From contig JBIKUD010000004.1 in assembly GCA_044347745.1 (NCBI GenBank), forward strand, positions 2,132-66,131: a DNA stretch of 64,000 bases. Reading direction: 5' to 3'. Shown here one piece after another: positions 1 to 12,512 of the stretch. The DNA comes from Bdellovibrionota bacterium. GTDB taxonomy: Bacteria; Bdellovibrionota_C; UBA2361; JAFLCA01. Numbering within the stretch: position 1 is the stretch's first letter; every line of letters begins with the position of its first letter. A program made the translations under genes and the position numbers. The notes under the pieces were generated by a model. It saw only the letters and a list, made by a program, of their open reading frames with translations, was not told the origin of the DNA and did not search any database.

Positions 1-377
1 GAAGCAACTATGGAGATACACTTACGCGCTCTATCAACCAGCATCGAGAGATAAAATTCTTTATCGATGTTACAACCAGCCTCGACGTACACCTTACGAA
101 CAAGCTTGCCCTTTTCGCCAGTCTGCGGCGTCACCAAGTTCATGCCTAAAATCTTCTCGGCGTGAGCGCGCGCTTCTGCTGGAGACTTGGCCAATTTTAC
201 CCCGCCGCCTTTTCCACGCCCACCTGCATGCACCTGGGCCTTCACCACACACACTGGGGTCTTAAGGCTATCTGCAGCAGCTTCTGCCTCTCCGGCGGTA
301 TAAGCTAAAAAGCCCTTCAACACGGGCAACCCATAACAGGCCATCAAACGCTTTGATTGATACTCATGCAAATTCAT
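1..377 (-). CDS. sucC: Succinyl-CoA synthetase beta subunit, N-terminal part (gene continues past left edge)
   Basis: Reverse translation from ATG (complement of 375-377) gives MNLHEYQSKRLMACYGLPVLKGFLAYTAGEAEAAADSLKTPVCVVKAQVHAGGRGKGGGVKLAKSPAEA..., the classic ATP-grasp N-terminus of SucC; no stop before position 1. Confidence 0.85.
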   Translation of the reverse strand, partial: MNLHEYQSKRLMACYGLPVLKGFLAYTAGEAEAAADSLKTPVCVVKAQVHAGGRGKGGGVKLAKSPAEARAHAEKILGMNLVTPQTGEKGKLVRKVYVEAGCNIDKEFYLSMLVDRARKCISIVA

Positions 378-394
378 GTACTACGCTCCAACAA

Positions 395-1195
395 TTAAAG
401 TCCGAGATATTTTTTAAAGGTCCGTCCAGTAACCTGCCGGCCCACTTCAGCAATAGATTCGGTAAGCGGGATGGTTTTAGGACAAGCCTGCACGCAGTTT
501 TGTGCATTACCACAGTCAGCTATACCGCCCTCGCCCATGAGGGCATCAAGTCGCTCACTAGATTTAAACGACCCAGTAGGATGGGAATTGAAAAGCCTCA
601 CTTGGCTAATAATCGCGGCCCCCACAAATGAATTCTCAATAGAAACTTGAGGACACACTTGCAAACACACGCCGCAGCTCATACAGGTTGAAAGTTTGTA
701 ACGCTCATCAGCCAATGCTGGTGATTGTTTAGGAGCAGCGCCTAGTGTGTGACTGCCGTCAATTTCTACCCAGGCTTTTACCTTCTTTAAATTCTCGAAC
801 ATGCGTGATCGATCTACCGCAAGGTCTCTGACCACGGGAAATTTGTTCATAGGTTCAAGAGTAATCGGCTGCTCTAACTTATCAACCAAGGCCGTGCAAC
901 CTTGGCAAGCCTTGCCATTTACGACCATAGAGCAGGCTCCACACACTTGCTCAAGGCAGTTAGATTCCCAAACTACTGGTTCGCATTTTTTTCCGGTAAT
1001 ATCGACCGGATTTTTGCGAAGTTCCATTAAGAGCGAAAGCACATTGTGCCCCGCCACATAGGGTAGCTCAAATTCTTGCCAATATGGCAGCTCGCCCGGA
1101 CCGTCTTGGCGCTTCACCTTGAGGCGAATCTTTCGATTCGATCCACTATGTGACGCATTACTCTCTGAGGCTGCATGTGAATGATGATGTCCCAT
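395..1195 (-). CDS. sdhB: Succinate dehydrogenase / fumarate reductase iron-sulfur subunit
   Basis: Three Cys clusters (CGACSMVVNGKACQGC; CMSCGVCLQVCP; CGNAQNCVQACP) typical of 2Fe-2S/4Fe-4S/3Fe-4S SdhB; lies in sdh operon context. Confidence 0.9.
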   Translation of the reverse strand: MGHHHSHAASESNASHSGSNRKIRLKVKRQDGPGELPYWQEFELPYVAGHNVLSLLMELRKNPVDITGKKCEPVVWESNCLEQVCGACSMVVNGKACQGCTALVDKLEQPITLEPMNKFPVVRDLAVDRSRMFENLKKVKAWVEIDGSHTLGAAPKQSPALADERYKLSTCMSCGVCLQVCPQVSIENSFVGAAIISQVRLFNSHPTGSFKSSERLDALMGEGGIADCGNAQNCVQACPKTIPLTESIAEVGRQVTGRTFKKYLGL

Positions 1196-1230
1196 GGGTG
1201 CTATTCCTAAAGATAATTTCTTAATGCCTC

Positions 1231-3012
1231 TTAAGCAGCGCTCTTGCTCGCCGCTTTATCTACATTGTAATTTCGTGCACGCGGCTTAATGTGCTTAATG
1301 TCAACTTCGGCATACGAAATCTTCGGCCCCTCCTTGGTCCACTTGGCCATGGTCGTTTTCAGCCATTCGCTGTCATTACGCTCGGGGTAATCCGGCTTAT
1401 AATGAGCACCGCGGCTTTCATTTCGAAGTAATGCCCCCGTCGTAATAACTTCAGCAAGCTCAAGCATATTCCAGAAGTGATTTACAAAAAGTACTTCTTG
1501 ATTGTAAGCCGAAACTTTTGAATTAATGCCGATCGAGGCGGCTTTCATTTTAAGTTCTTTAATCAACTGAACGGTTGCTGCAAGGTCCTTGTTGTTTCGA
1601 ACTACAGTCACGTTGTTCGTCATCGCTTCGCCAAGAATTTGGTGAAGTTTGTACACATTTTCGGAACCCTGCATCTTGGAAATTGAACCAATTACTTCTT
1701 GGCGCTTCTTAAGCTCTGAGTTAAACACCGACTCGTCAACATCAGCGGTGCGCCGTTTTAGTCCTTTGCAATAGGACAAAATCTTCGGCCCACCTTTTAA
1801 TCCGTCGAAAGTGCAACTAAGGAGGGCGTTTGCACCAAGACGATTTGCACCGTGGTATTCATAGTTACATTCACCACCAGCAAAGAGCCCCGGAATTGAG
1901 GTCATGAGGTTATAGTCAACCCAAAGACCTCCCATGCTGTAGTGCATGCCCGGAAAAATACGCATTGGAACTTTGCGTGGATCTTCACCAACAAAGGTCT
2001 CATAAATTTCTAAGATGCCGCCGAGGCGACGATTTAAGAAATCTGTCCCAAGGTGACTGAGATCGAGATAGACCTGATTTTCTCCGTTAACGCCAAGCTT
2101 CTGACGCACACAGACGTCGAAAATTTCGCGGGTCGCAATATCTCTTGGAACCAAATTTCCGTACGCAGGATATTTTTCCTCAAGGAAGTACCAAGGCTTC
2201 CCGTCCTTGTAGGTCCATACTCTTCCGCCTTCGCCACGAGCCGACTCACTCATAAGTCTGAGCTTGTCCAGTCCTGGAATGGCCGTGGGATGCACTTGAA
2301 TAAACTCGCCGTTACCAAAGGTGGCGCCTTGTTGGTATACAGCTGAAGCGGCAGTCCCCGTGTTTACAACAGAGTTTGTGGATTTGCCAAAGACAAGTCC
2401 CAGTCCGCCTGTGCACATAAACACAGCATCGGCCTTGAAGCTCTTCATCTCCAGAGTTTTGACATTTACCGCAACGATTCCTCGGCAAACGCCTTCGTTA
2501 TCAATAATTGCCGACTGAAATTCCCAGAACTCAAATTTTTCAACCTTTCCCTCAACTTCACGTCGGCGAACTTGCTCATCCAATGCATATAAAAGTTGCT
2601 GTCCCGTGGTGGCGCCAGCAAACGCAGTGCGATGGTGTTTGGTTCCGCCAAAACGTCTAAAATCTAAGTTGCCTTCTTCGGTTCGACTAAATGGCACCCC
2701 CATGCGATCAAAGAGAAAAATAATTTCGGGAGCCATGGCGGTCATCTCACGCACCGGCTCTTGATTAGCTAAGAAGTCCCCACCATAAATAGTGTCGTCG
2801 AAGTGCTCTTGGATGCTGTCGCCTTCACCTTTAATATTTACTGCAGCATTGATGCCGCCCTGAGCGCAAACCGAGTGGGATCGCTTTACGGGAACAATCG
2901 AAAATATTTTTACCTTGGCGCCCATTTCGGCAAGCTTCATCGAGGCCGCAAGTCCGGCCAATCCGCCGCCAACTACAATGACTTCAAACGCAGACATGTT
3001 TCTATGCTCCAA
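1231..3012 (-). CDS. sdhA: Succinate dehydrogenase flavoprotein subunit
   Basis: N-terminal FAD-binding GxGxxG (VIVVGGGLAGLAAS), covalent-FAD His region (RSHSVCAQGGINAA), 593 aa; between sdhC and sdhB. Confidence 0.95.
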   Translation of the reverse strand: MEHRNMSAFEVIVVGGGLAGLAASMKLAEMGAKVKIFSIVPVKRSHSVCAQGGINAAVNIKGEGDSIQEHFDDTIYGGDFLANQEPVREMTAMAPEIIFLFDRMGVPFSRTEEGNLDFRRFGGTKHHRTAFAGATTGQQLLYALDEQVRRREVEGKVEKFEFWEFQSAIIDNEGVCRGIVAVNVKTLEMKSFKADAVFMCTGGLGLVFGKSTNSVVNTGTAASAVYQQGATFGNGEFIQVHPTAIPGLDKLRLMSESARGEGGRVWTYKDGKPWYFLEEKYPAYGNLVPRDIATREIFDVCVRQKLGVNGENQVYLDLSHLGTDFLNRRLGGILEIYETFVGEDPRKVPMRIFPGMHYSMGGLWVDYNLMTSIPGLFAGGECNYEYHGANRLGANALLSCTFDGLKGGPKILSYCKGLKRRTADVDESVFNSELKKRQEVIGSISKMQGSENVYKLHQILGEAMTNNVTVVRNNKDLAATVQLIKELKMKAASIGINSKVSAYNQEVLFVNHFWNMLELAEVITTGALLRNESRGAHYKPDYPERNDSEWLKTTMAKWTKEGPKISYAEVDIKHIKPRARNYNVDKAASKSAA

Positions 3013-3676
3013 AAATGAGACTACCTAATTGGCCGAGGATACTTTGCTTCATGACGAAGGCTGAAACGATATCAAGCCCAACCGCACAAAGGACTATAAA
3101 GATACCCACCGAAGCACAGGCCAAACGTTTTTGCGCTTCCGCAGAACGCACAAGGCCCCAGGTAATAGAAAAACTCCAAATACCGTTAGCAAAGTGATAG
3201 GTAACCGCTATTATTCCCACCACATACAGAGCCATAATAAGAGGCTGCGACAACATGGCCTGCATATCAGCAAAGGTAATGTGATCGCCCTTCACAAAAA
3301 GTGCCCACCCACGAGTGGTTGCCACATGAACTGCGATATATACAAAGGCTATGATACCACTAAGGCGCTGTAGCAAATATGCCCAGTTTCTTCCGTATGG
3401 GTAATGCACCACGTTGGGGCGTGAAGACGCTGTGATAAAAAGCCCAAATACGGAGTGAAATAAAATGGGTAGCAATAACAACCCTATTTCAAGCGCATAC
3501 AGATACGGCATTGAAGCAATTTTTTCTACTGTCTCATTAAATGCCTCGGGCCCCCGGCGGGCCGAAGCATTCTCAAAAAAATGGAACAATAAAAATCCAC
3601 CAATGGGCACTAAACCTGTCAGCGAATGAAGACGCCTGAACAAGAAATACCACTCATCACGACTTGGCATGCTCAT
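3002..3676 (-). CDS. sdhC: Succinate dehydrogenase cytochrome b subunit (single large membrane anchor, type-B-like)
   Basis: 224-aa polytopic membrane protein with conserved His residues, immediately upstream of sdhA with 11-bp overlap. Confidence 0.7.
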   Translation of the reverse strand: MSMPSRDEWYFLFRRLHSLTGLVPIGGFLLFHFFENASARRGPEAFNETVEKIASMPYLYALEIGLLLLPILFHSVFGLFITASSRPNVVHYPYGRNWAYLLQRLSGIIAFVYIAVHVATTRGWALFVKGDHITFADMQAMLSQPLIMALYVVGIIAVTYHFANGIWSFSITWGLVRSAEAQKRLACASVGIFIVLCAVGLDIVSAFVMKQSILGQLGSLIFGA

Positions 3677-3682
3677 AGAATC

Positions 3683-5729
<2,047 letters not shown>

Positions 5730-5733
<4 letters not shown>

Positions 5734-6743
5734 TTTACAGCCCCCAGGCGCCGCGCCCATTTTTGAACATCGAATGGGTCAATATCTTGCACCACCCCAC
5801 CTCGCAAAGAAGAAAGTAATGGAGCCATTTCACGAGCTACAAACACACTAGCTCCAGAACTTTGCGCCAAAGCATTCGCCTTTAATCTATCAACCTCAGC
5901 CCGTGCTTTTGCTACGGCTAAATCGGCCTCAGCTTTTTGTGTGCTTTCATACAAGTCCCCCTCACTGCGTATAACCTTAGCTTTACTTTCACCTTGCACA
6001 AGCTTGGTTTGAATTTGAGCATCCAATTCAGCAGCAACTTGCTCAAGATCGGCTTGCGCCTTGGCTAAATCGCTTGCAGCTTCGTTAAGGCGTTCTTCCT
6101 GAACCTGTAAATTTTTCTGGAATATAGCGTTATCAATACGCTCAGCTCGATAGGTGTAGCGACGAAGCAACACGGCTTCTACAAGAATTCCATCTTGCGC
6201 GAGTGCCTGGTTAATATTTTTTGTAGCCTCCTGCAGCTGTTCTTCGCGCGCGGCTGGTTTATAAAAGTCGCCTGTTTTCAAACGACCAAGGGTGCGCTTC
6301 AAATTATCATCCACCGTGCGACGGATATGATTCTCCCAGCGCCCCTGAGTAATGCCAATTTTCTGAAGCAGATCGGCTGGGCCTCCATGCCCGGTACCGG
6401 GCTTATCAAAAAATCGGCTGAGCACGGAAATATCTACATCTATAGTGGCGCGGTCGGCAGTCTGAATTTCGAGAGCTCCAGTAGTTTCTACTCTATCTTC
6501 ATATTCACGATGCATGTGCAAAACCTGCACGGTGCGCGGCACCAGATGAATCATCGAGTAACTAGGAAGCACGAAATGATATCCTGGTGACAGACCATTT
6601 TGATTAAATCCCTGTCCCGGACCAAAAGCGATCTGCCTTACGCCCATCATTCCGGGAGGAACAACTTGTCCAAAAAAATAGAGAAAAACGCCGCCTACGA
6701 CTGCGACAAGAATAAGAAACGACAACGAACCTTTCATAAGCAC
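5730..6743 (-). CDS. SPFH/band-7 (prohibitin/HflC-like) membrane protein
   Basis: N-terminal TM helix then SPFH domain then coiled-coil; tandem with the previous SPFH gene. Confidence 0.65.
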
Positions 6744-6883
6744 TTATTTTGGAGAACATCGACCAAAGCTCAAAAACGTGAGGAGAGCAAAGGCCAATAA
6801 AAAACTTTGGCCATACTATCGCCCGTGCGTAAAAAGGACGCAATCTTGTTTGTTCGCTACAGAAATGGGCAGTAGGAAATCAA

Positions 6884-7879
6884 CTAAAGAACAGCCTGAA
6901 GATCTTTGGCGAGCGCTAAGAAACGCGCTGGGTTCTTTTGACGACCATCAACAAGCACTTCAAAATGAAGATGGGGCCCAGTTGAACGCCCACTCGACCC
7001 AGTCAAGCCTATGACCTGACCGCGAGCAATTCTATCCCCCACTTTGACAAGTGCCTTGGATAAATGGGCATATCGGGTCGTAATGCGGCCGTTATGCTTA
7101 ATGTCAATCATTAAGCCATAAGCTCCATTACGGTCCACCCGCTGAACGGTACCATAGGCCGATGCAAAAATTTTTGTTCCAATCGGGGCCGAAAAATCTA
7201 TGCCTTCATGCATGCGTAGGCCATGCTCAAAAGGAGAAAAACGCACTCCGTAAGGCGAACTTACTGAGCCCTTAGCCGGCAAACCGAATGGAATAACCCG
7301 CAAGGCTTCAGTAAGCTTGTCGAGCATTACAATAAGCTCCTCATCGGGAGTAAACTCTTCTCCAGATAAACTTAGATAGTCTTGCTTACTTTCATTCGGA
7401 TCAAGGTCCATAAGGCCCGCACAAGAACCACCGCGGCACTCGACTTCAGCACCACCTATACCTTCCTTGGATTTTGCAGACGGGTTCTTTGCCTTTCCAG
7501 ATCGCTCAAAAACCCCGAGTGCAGTAGCAGATTCAACCAAACTTGCAATTTGTTCGAGGCGCTGACGCACATCCTCTTGGTAGTTCGAGGCTTTGCCCTT
7601 AACAGCTTGGAGATCTTTCACCTGAGCCTTAAGGCCCTTGGTGGTATTCATCAATTCATTGCGTTCAGAAGTGAGCTTCCTTAGGGTAAAGTAATTATCA
7701 AGCCGCACAATCTGCAGGCGAGCATAATCCCCCATGACATACACCAGACCGCCGCCACACATAACGCCAAGCATCAGCGCAGCGAGTATTTTGCGAAGGG
7801 TGAAGCGATATTTTCTTACTTTACCTTCATTGGGTGGAACTACCCAAAGACAGTAATCTTTATTTAACGAGATCTTCAT
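6884..7879 (-). CDS. M23 family metallo-endopeptidase (murein hydrolase-like) with coiled-coil N-terminus
   Basis: C-terminal LytM/M23 signature (HEGIDF ... GSSGRSTGPHLHFEV); N-terminal TM and coiled-coil as in EnvC-like proteins. Confidence 0.8.
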   Translation of the reverse strand: MKISLNKDYCLWVVPPNEGKVRKYRFTLRKILAALMLGVMCGGGLVYVMGDYARLQIVRLDNYFTLRKLTSERNELMNTTKGLKAQVKDLQAVKGKASNYQEDVRQRLEQIASLVESATALGVFERSGKAKNPSAKSKEGIGGAEVECRGGSCAGLMDLDPNESKQDYLSLSGEEFTPDEELIVMLDKLTEALRVIPFGLPAKGSVSSPYGVRFSPFEHGLRMHEGIDFSAPIGTKIFASAYGTVQRVDRNGAYGLMIDIKHNGRITTRYAHLSKALVKVGDRIARGQVIGLTGSSGRSTGPHLHFEVLVDGRQKNPARFLALAKDLQAVL

Positions 7880-8111
7880 ACTTCAAACTTCTTAAACTAC
7901 CAGGCCTAGCCTTGTAAACCTAGAAACCAAAGGCCAAGGGCCCGGGAAACGCTACTGAATCCACGGAACCTTTTCAACCAAAGTAGCTTTTTAAAGCTCC
8001 CCAAATGAATTTCATCAGCTATCAGCACGCCCTAATTGCGTTATTTAGCTTCTGAGGCAAAAGCCCTAGGAAGCTAAAAAATAACCGATGTTATAAAATT
8101 AACCAAGTAAC

Positions 8112-9758
8112 CTACAGAATCTTAGATGACACTAGCTCTCTGGCGGAGGCTCTTGCAGCTGCAGTTACCTCATAACCCGCTAACATTCTTGCTATTTCTT
8201 CTACTCTTTCTTCTGCATCCAATTCTCGCGCATGGGCAAATCCCTGCTTGCCTTTGCCCTTTTCGACCAAAATATGCCTATCGGCGAGGCTAGCGACCTG
8301 AGGCAAATGGGTTATGCAAATAACCTGAGAATTCTGCGAAAGAGCCTTCAACTTTTCGCCCACGGCTCGAGCCACGCCACCCGATATTCCGGTATCAACC
8401 TCATCAAATACAAGCACGTTCACCCCAGTGCGCTCCTGGAGAATTTTTTTGAGCACCAAAGTTATGCGAGACAACTCTCCGCCCGAGGCAATTTGCCGGA
8501 GGGGCAAGGGCTTAAGCCCCTTGTTGGCAGAAATAAGCAGCTCTACTTTTTCGGCCCCCTGCTCGCCCCACGCTATGGGCTCAAGCTGTGCCAAGAAGCG
8601 GGCCTCCATACTAAGCTCAGAAAGTTCGGCTTCAACCTGTTTGGAAAGTTTTTTAGCCGCATCCCCCCGGCGCTTAGAAAGCACTTCCGCACAACGCTTC
8701 ATTTCTGTTTCAGCGACTAACAAATCTGAATCGAGGCGCTTGCGATCGGGCAAATCTGAGAGTCCCTGAAGCTCAAGGGTTGCGGATTGAAGCATTTCCG
8801 CTAATTCAGAGTCAGTTCTTTTAAACTTACGTTCGAGTCGAGCTACTTCAGCCAAGCGCTCTTGGACTAGTTCGAGAGCCGCCGGATCTGTGTCAAGGCC
8901 CGCCGCATAGCTACGAATTTCATCGGCCAACTCAAGCGCTTGGGTTCGTAGTTCGCGGCAGCGACGAACAAATGGCTCTACCGAGGCATCATGTTTGCTT
9001 AGCTCAGCCAATCGCGCTCCAGCCACGCCAAGGTTCTCTGCGGTTCCAGATTCGCCCTCGATATTTTCTACTATTTGAGAAACCCCAGCCACAACATCTG
9101 CCACTCGTGATAATTTTTTGGACTCAGCATCAAGCTTTTGACGAAGGCCTGGGGCAATCTGTACCTTAGTGAGCTCATCAACTAAAAACTCCAGTTCTGC
9201 CTTTCTTAAAGCCTGAACCCGCTCACGGTTTGCGTATTCTTCAAGTTGACTTTTCAGACTGCGCCACTGCCGATATACTTCGCGATAGGCGCTCAGCGCC
9301 AATTCATTCTGAGCGAACCCGTCTAGCAGAGCTAGATGATAGGCCGGATCTAAAAGTCTGACATGCTGATGTTGTCCGCAGATACTCACTAGCTTTCCGG
9401 CAACTTCAGTTAAAATAGACAGCGTAGCCAAGCGCCCATTTATAAAAATCTTACTTTTAGATGCAGCATTTAAACTGCGACTAATGGCCAATTGCTCACC
9501 TTGCGCAATCTCTGGCAAGTCCGAGCGAACGTGTTCAGGAACAACGCTTAAATCAAAAAGAGCCTGAACTTCTAATTCATCACAGCCCTCACGTAGAAAA
9601 TGAGGTCTGGGCTTCGCGCCAAGTAAAAATTCAATCGAATTTAGAATTATAGATTTTCCGCTTCCCGTTTCCCCACTCAACACCGTGAGGCCGGGTCCAA
9701 ACGACACAGCCTGGCGCTCGAAGATTGCAGCATTTTTTATATGCAGTTCTAGCAACAT
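8112..9758 (-). CDS. recN: DNA repair protein RecN
   Basis: Walker A GETGSGKS at N-terminus, long coiled-coil, C-terminal SMC-like signature; nadK-recN gene pair. Confidence 0.9.
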   Translation of the reverse strand: MLLELHIKNAAIFERQAVSFGPGLTVLSGETGSGKSIILNSIEFLLGAKPRPHFLREGCDELEVQALFDLSVVPEHVRSDLPEIAQGEQLAISRSLNAASKSKIFINGRLATLSILTEVAGKLVSICGQHQHVRLLDPAYHLALLDGFAQNELALSAYREVYRQWRSLKSQLEEYANRERVQALRKAELEFLVDELTKVQIAPGLRQKLDAESKKLSRVADVVAGVSQIVENIEGESGTAENLGVAGARLAELSKHDASVEPFVRRCRELRTQALELADEIRSYAAGLDTDPAALELVQERLAEVARLERKFKRTDSELAEMLQSATLELQGLSDLPDRKRLDSDLLVAETEMKRCAEVLSKRRGDAAKKLSKQVEAELSELSMEARFLAQLEPIAWGEQGAEKVELLISANKGLKPLPLRQIASGGELSRITLVLKKILQERTGVNVLVFDEVDTGISGGVARAVGEKLKALSQNSQVICITHLPQVASLADRHILVEKGKGKQGFAHARELDAEERVEEIARMLAGYEVTAAARASARELVSSKIL

Positions 9759-9766
9759 AAAACAAA

Positions 9767-10663
9767 CTACTCAGCTTTGTTGGCTACGCCCCAATTTAAC
9801 TTTCCACGTAGTATTTCAAAGTATGTTTTACGTGGAGAGCAGGCGAATTTAAGCAAATTATCGGCTTGTTTAATACGCACCCGGTCTCCGGTCTCTAGCT
9901 CTATTGACACCTGACCATCGACTGAACACAGCACCTTGCCGCGACAGAGAGGCACGCGTACTTCAATGCGTGAGTTCATGCCCACAATCAAAGGCCGGCT
10001 TGTCAAGGAATGAGCACAGATTGGTGTTACCAAAAACGCACTTACTTCTGGATGAACAATTGACCCCCCAGCTGCCAATGAATAGGCTGTCGAGCCCGTC
10101 GGCGTAGCCATTATTAGTCCATCGGCTCTAATTCGAACGAGATCCTCACCATCTACAGCCAAATCAAGATTAACAAGCGGAGCCTTGCTGCTCTTTTGAA
10201 TTACAAAGTCGTTCAGCCCTTGCGAAGAAAAAATACAAGTCTCTTTACCATCCTGCAGACGATGCACTTCTCCATACAGCATGCGCCGCTGCGCCGTTGG
10301 AATTGGAGTATTCTTTTCAATCAACGATTTTAAGGCCGGCATTAATTCGTGCGGGGTTAATTCAGTGAGAAACCCAAGCGTTCCAAAATTAACGCCAATC
10401 AGTAAGGGACTCAGTTTTGTAACATAGCGCGCGATGCCAATCATGGTGCCATCGCCACCAAGAATCACAATGGGATCAGCCTGAGTTGCTAACTGGTAAG
10501 CAGGAACACCAGGCACTCCGAGGATGCGGGCGCTAACATCATCCGTTTTTACTTCAAGCCCAATTTTTTTGGCCCAAGCAATAACTTCACGCCCCAGCTC
10601 TTCAGCCGCAGCAATATCAGACTTTACAACTAATCCGAGCGGGCGCCTCACTTCAGCACTCAT
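9767..10663 (-). CDS. nadK: NAD(+) kinase
   Basis: GGDGTMIG motif and NAD kinase length (298 aa); immediately upstream of recN. Confidence 0.9.
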   Translation of the reverse strand: MSAEVRRPLGLVVKSDIAAAEELGREVIAWAKKIGLEVKTDDVSARILGVPGVPAYQLATQADPIVILGGDGTMIGIARYVTKLSPLLIGVNFGTLGFLTELTPHELMPALKSLIEKNTPIPTAQRRMLYGEVHRLQDGKETCIFSSQGLNDFVIQKSSKAPLVNLDLAVDGEDLVRIRADGLIMATPTGSTAYSLAAGGSIVHPEVSAFLVTPICAHSLTSRPLIVGMNSRIEVRVPLCRGKVLCSVDGQVSIELETGDRVRIKQADNLLKFACSPRKTYFEILRGKLNWGVANKAE

Positions 10664-11145
10664 GGCGTGGTCCTTTGCAAATCGTTTTTCGGCTCATTCA
10701 TTAACACAGTTACGCGCTCTTTCGCATGTTCCTTGGTGATAAATTCTCGCCCGGCGACTGCCGCCGATACCTGGCCCGGGGCTGCGGTCACCCCATCGTA
10801 TACTGAAAGCCAATTTTTTCGCTCCTCCTCGGGTAATGCGTCAGAAAGGCGCATCTGTTCGTATCCACTCAGCCCCAAGACGGCGTTGCCAAGCAGGTAA
10901 AAAGCATACGGCGGAAAAAGAAACACAGTGCCAGCAGCAAGTGCAGTCTCTCCTACGCCCTGCCCGTAAAACCAATTTTCCCCCACTGTCCCCAGTAGTT
11001 TCTGGGATTCTTCCTCAGAAAGTGGTTTCTGCGCTATCTGCTCCAAGGTGGGCACTGTCTGGTTCTGGGTTTTTGCCGGAGTGCAAGCAACAAGCAGCAC
11101 CGGCAATAACAGTGTCAAAACTACGTTTCCTAGAAGGCTATACAT
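10660..11145 (-). CDS. Hypothetical lipoprotein
   Basis: Signal MYSLLGNVVLTLLLPVLLVAC (lipobox LVAC); start moved to internal Met because the longer ORF collides with the divergent gene. Confidence 0.45.
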   Translation of the reverse strand: MYSLLGNVVLTLLLPVLLVACTPAKTQNQTVPTLEQIAQKPLSEEESQKLLGTVGENWFYGQGVGETALAAGTVFLFPPYAFYLLGNAVLGLSGYEQMRLSDALPEEERKNWLSVYDGVTAAPGQVSAAVAGREFITKEHAKERVTVLMNEPKNDLQRTTP

Positions 11146-11323
11146 TTTCCCTTTCTCTCTATTCGGCATATTCTTTGTAATGTTGCGTCCCCCGCAGAGA
11201 TTTGAAAAGGTATATTTGCAGGTTTCTACTTTCCTGCAACAATTATCCTACCCAGATTGCACCTCGGTAATTTCCAAGGTTGACGTTGTGGCTGGCTTTT
11301 TTGACCGGACGAATAGGAGTTAT

Positions 11324-12136
11324 ATGAATCATTACCGCAGACCTTCCGCGCTCGCCTGTTTTTGTGTGGGTCTTTCCTTGTTTGGTCTTCACGGAATCCC
11401 CTCTGCTCAGGCCCAGACGGCAACACCGACACCCGCAGCAAGCAGCGCAAATGTACTCGTATCTGAAGGGATTGCAGGCGATGTTGATAAACACCACCGC
11501 GGCCCCCTCGTTTCAATTGGCATCAAACGTGAAGGAACTGTGGTGAAGCTCCTCGTTGATACCAGCATCCAAAATGAGCAGTACAGCAAATATCCCGTAC
11601 AGGTGGACTACTACGTAAACCGCATGCATTTTACTTCGCAGCTTCGTAGCAACGCGCTCCCTGGACCTCTTGGAATTGATGTTGGCGCCGATTACGCTGT
11701 TCCGCCGTTTAACTACAGTGTAGTAGCTAAGCTTTTACATCCCAACCGAGAATTCACCACCGTAATCGAAGGTGCGGTCTATGAATTTGATCTGGCCAGT
11801 AGCTTAGACTGCACCCTCACTCGTCCTGTTGCCGATGAAGCAGATACGAGCCGCGTTTACACAGAAAGCGCAGTAAGCATGGTTCAGCTAAGCAATGATA
11901 CCCTGCTTTTGAATGCGGCGAGCCTAAAAACACCGAATAAAACTTTCAGCGCCAGCATAAACGGAAATGTGCTCGTTAAAAGCCCAGACTTAAGCGCAAG
12001 CGGCACCGTTACCATTGTTGAAAATGAAAAATCTTCAAGTATTGAAATGACCGGAAGCTTCACTACTTCAGATGCAAAACTTGCAAGCCTCTCACTGAGC
12101 TCTAGCGATGGAGAGACCGTGATTGAATGCTCGTAG
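11324..12136 (+). CDS. Secreted hypothetical protein
   Basis: Start at MNHYRRPSALACFCVGLSLFGLHGIPSAQA (signal peptide) with AGGAGT RBS upstream; the track's 11048 start overlaps the divergent gene. Confidence 0.55.
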   Translation: MNHYRRPSALACFCVGLSLFGLHGIPSAQAQTATPTPAASSANVLVSEGIAGDVDKHHRGPLVSIGIKREGTVVKLLVDTSIQNEQYSKYPVQVDYYVNRMHFTSQLRSNALPGPLGIDVGADYAVPPFNYSVVAKLLHPNREFTTVIEGAVYEFDLASSLDCTLTRPVADEADTSRVYTESAVSMVQLSNDTLLLNAASLKTPNKTFSASINGNVLVKSPDLSASGTVTIVENEKSSSIEMTGSFTTSDAKLASLSLSSSDGETVIECS

Positions 12137-12257
12137 TTGGTCTTGTACTTTCACTAGCTTAGCTTTAGATAGGGTCACAATCTTTTTTGCGTAGCAGCAA
12201 AACCGATGTTACTATACCCAGAGTCTTAGGTGGTGATGCCTTAATTAGGAATGTGGT

Positions 12258-12512
12258 ATGCAAGCAAAATCAACGCAAGTCGTCGGTGTTCCAACCTTTG
12301 TATCGGGTGACGGTCTTACCGTTTCAAATAAGGGACAAAGCCCTATCGGAATAGGCGCAGCCGCCGAGGTTCTACAGATGCCCAAATTGGACGAAGAGAG
12401 AGGAAGCGTCGCCCCAGACACTGGCGCTACAAATGTGCCCCCTCTTACCCAAACGGAGCCGATGACAGAGGCAGAATCCGCAAGACTTGATGAGCTTAGG
12501 CGTTCACTGTAA
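12258..12512 (+). CDS. Small hypothetical protein (84 aa), doubtful
   Basis: Only an ORF of normal composition in an otherwise unassigned 370-bp gap; competing antisense ORF is low complexity. Confidence 0.25.
   Translation: MQAKSTQVVGVPTFVSGDGLTVSNKGQSPIGIGAAAEVLQMPKLDEERGSVAPDTGATNVPPLTQTEPMTEAESARLDELRRSL

Noticed and set aside
8040-8080. Imperfect palindrome AGCTTCTGAGGCAAAAGCCCTAGGAAGCT downstream of recN as a terminator
   Set aside because: The stem is imperfect and no U-tract follows it on the recN (minus) strand. The A-run is on the wrong side, so it is not a convincing intrinsic terminator.
11048-11323. The track's long 362-aa version of the secreted protein starting at 11048
   Set aside because: That N-terminal 92 residues overlap the divergent lipoprotein gene on the other strand and lack a signal peptide. 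The internal Met with an AGGAGT RBS starts a canonical signal peptide.
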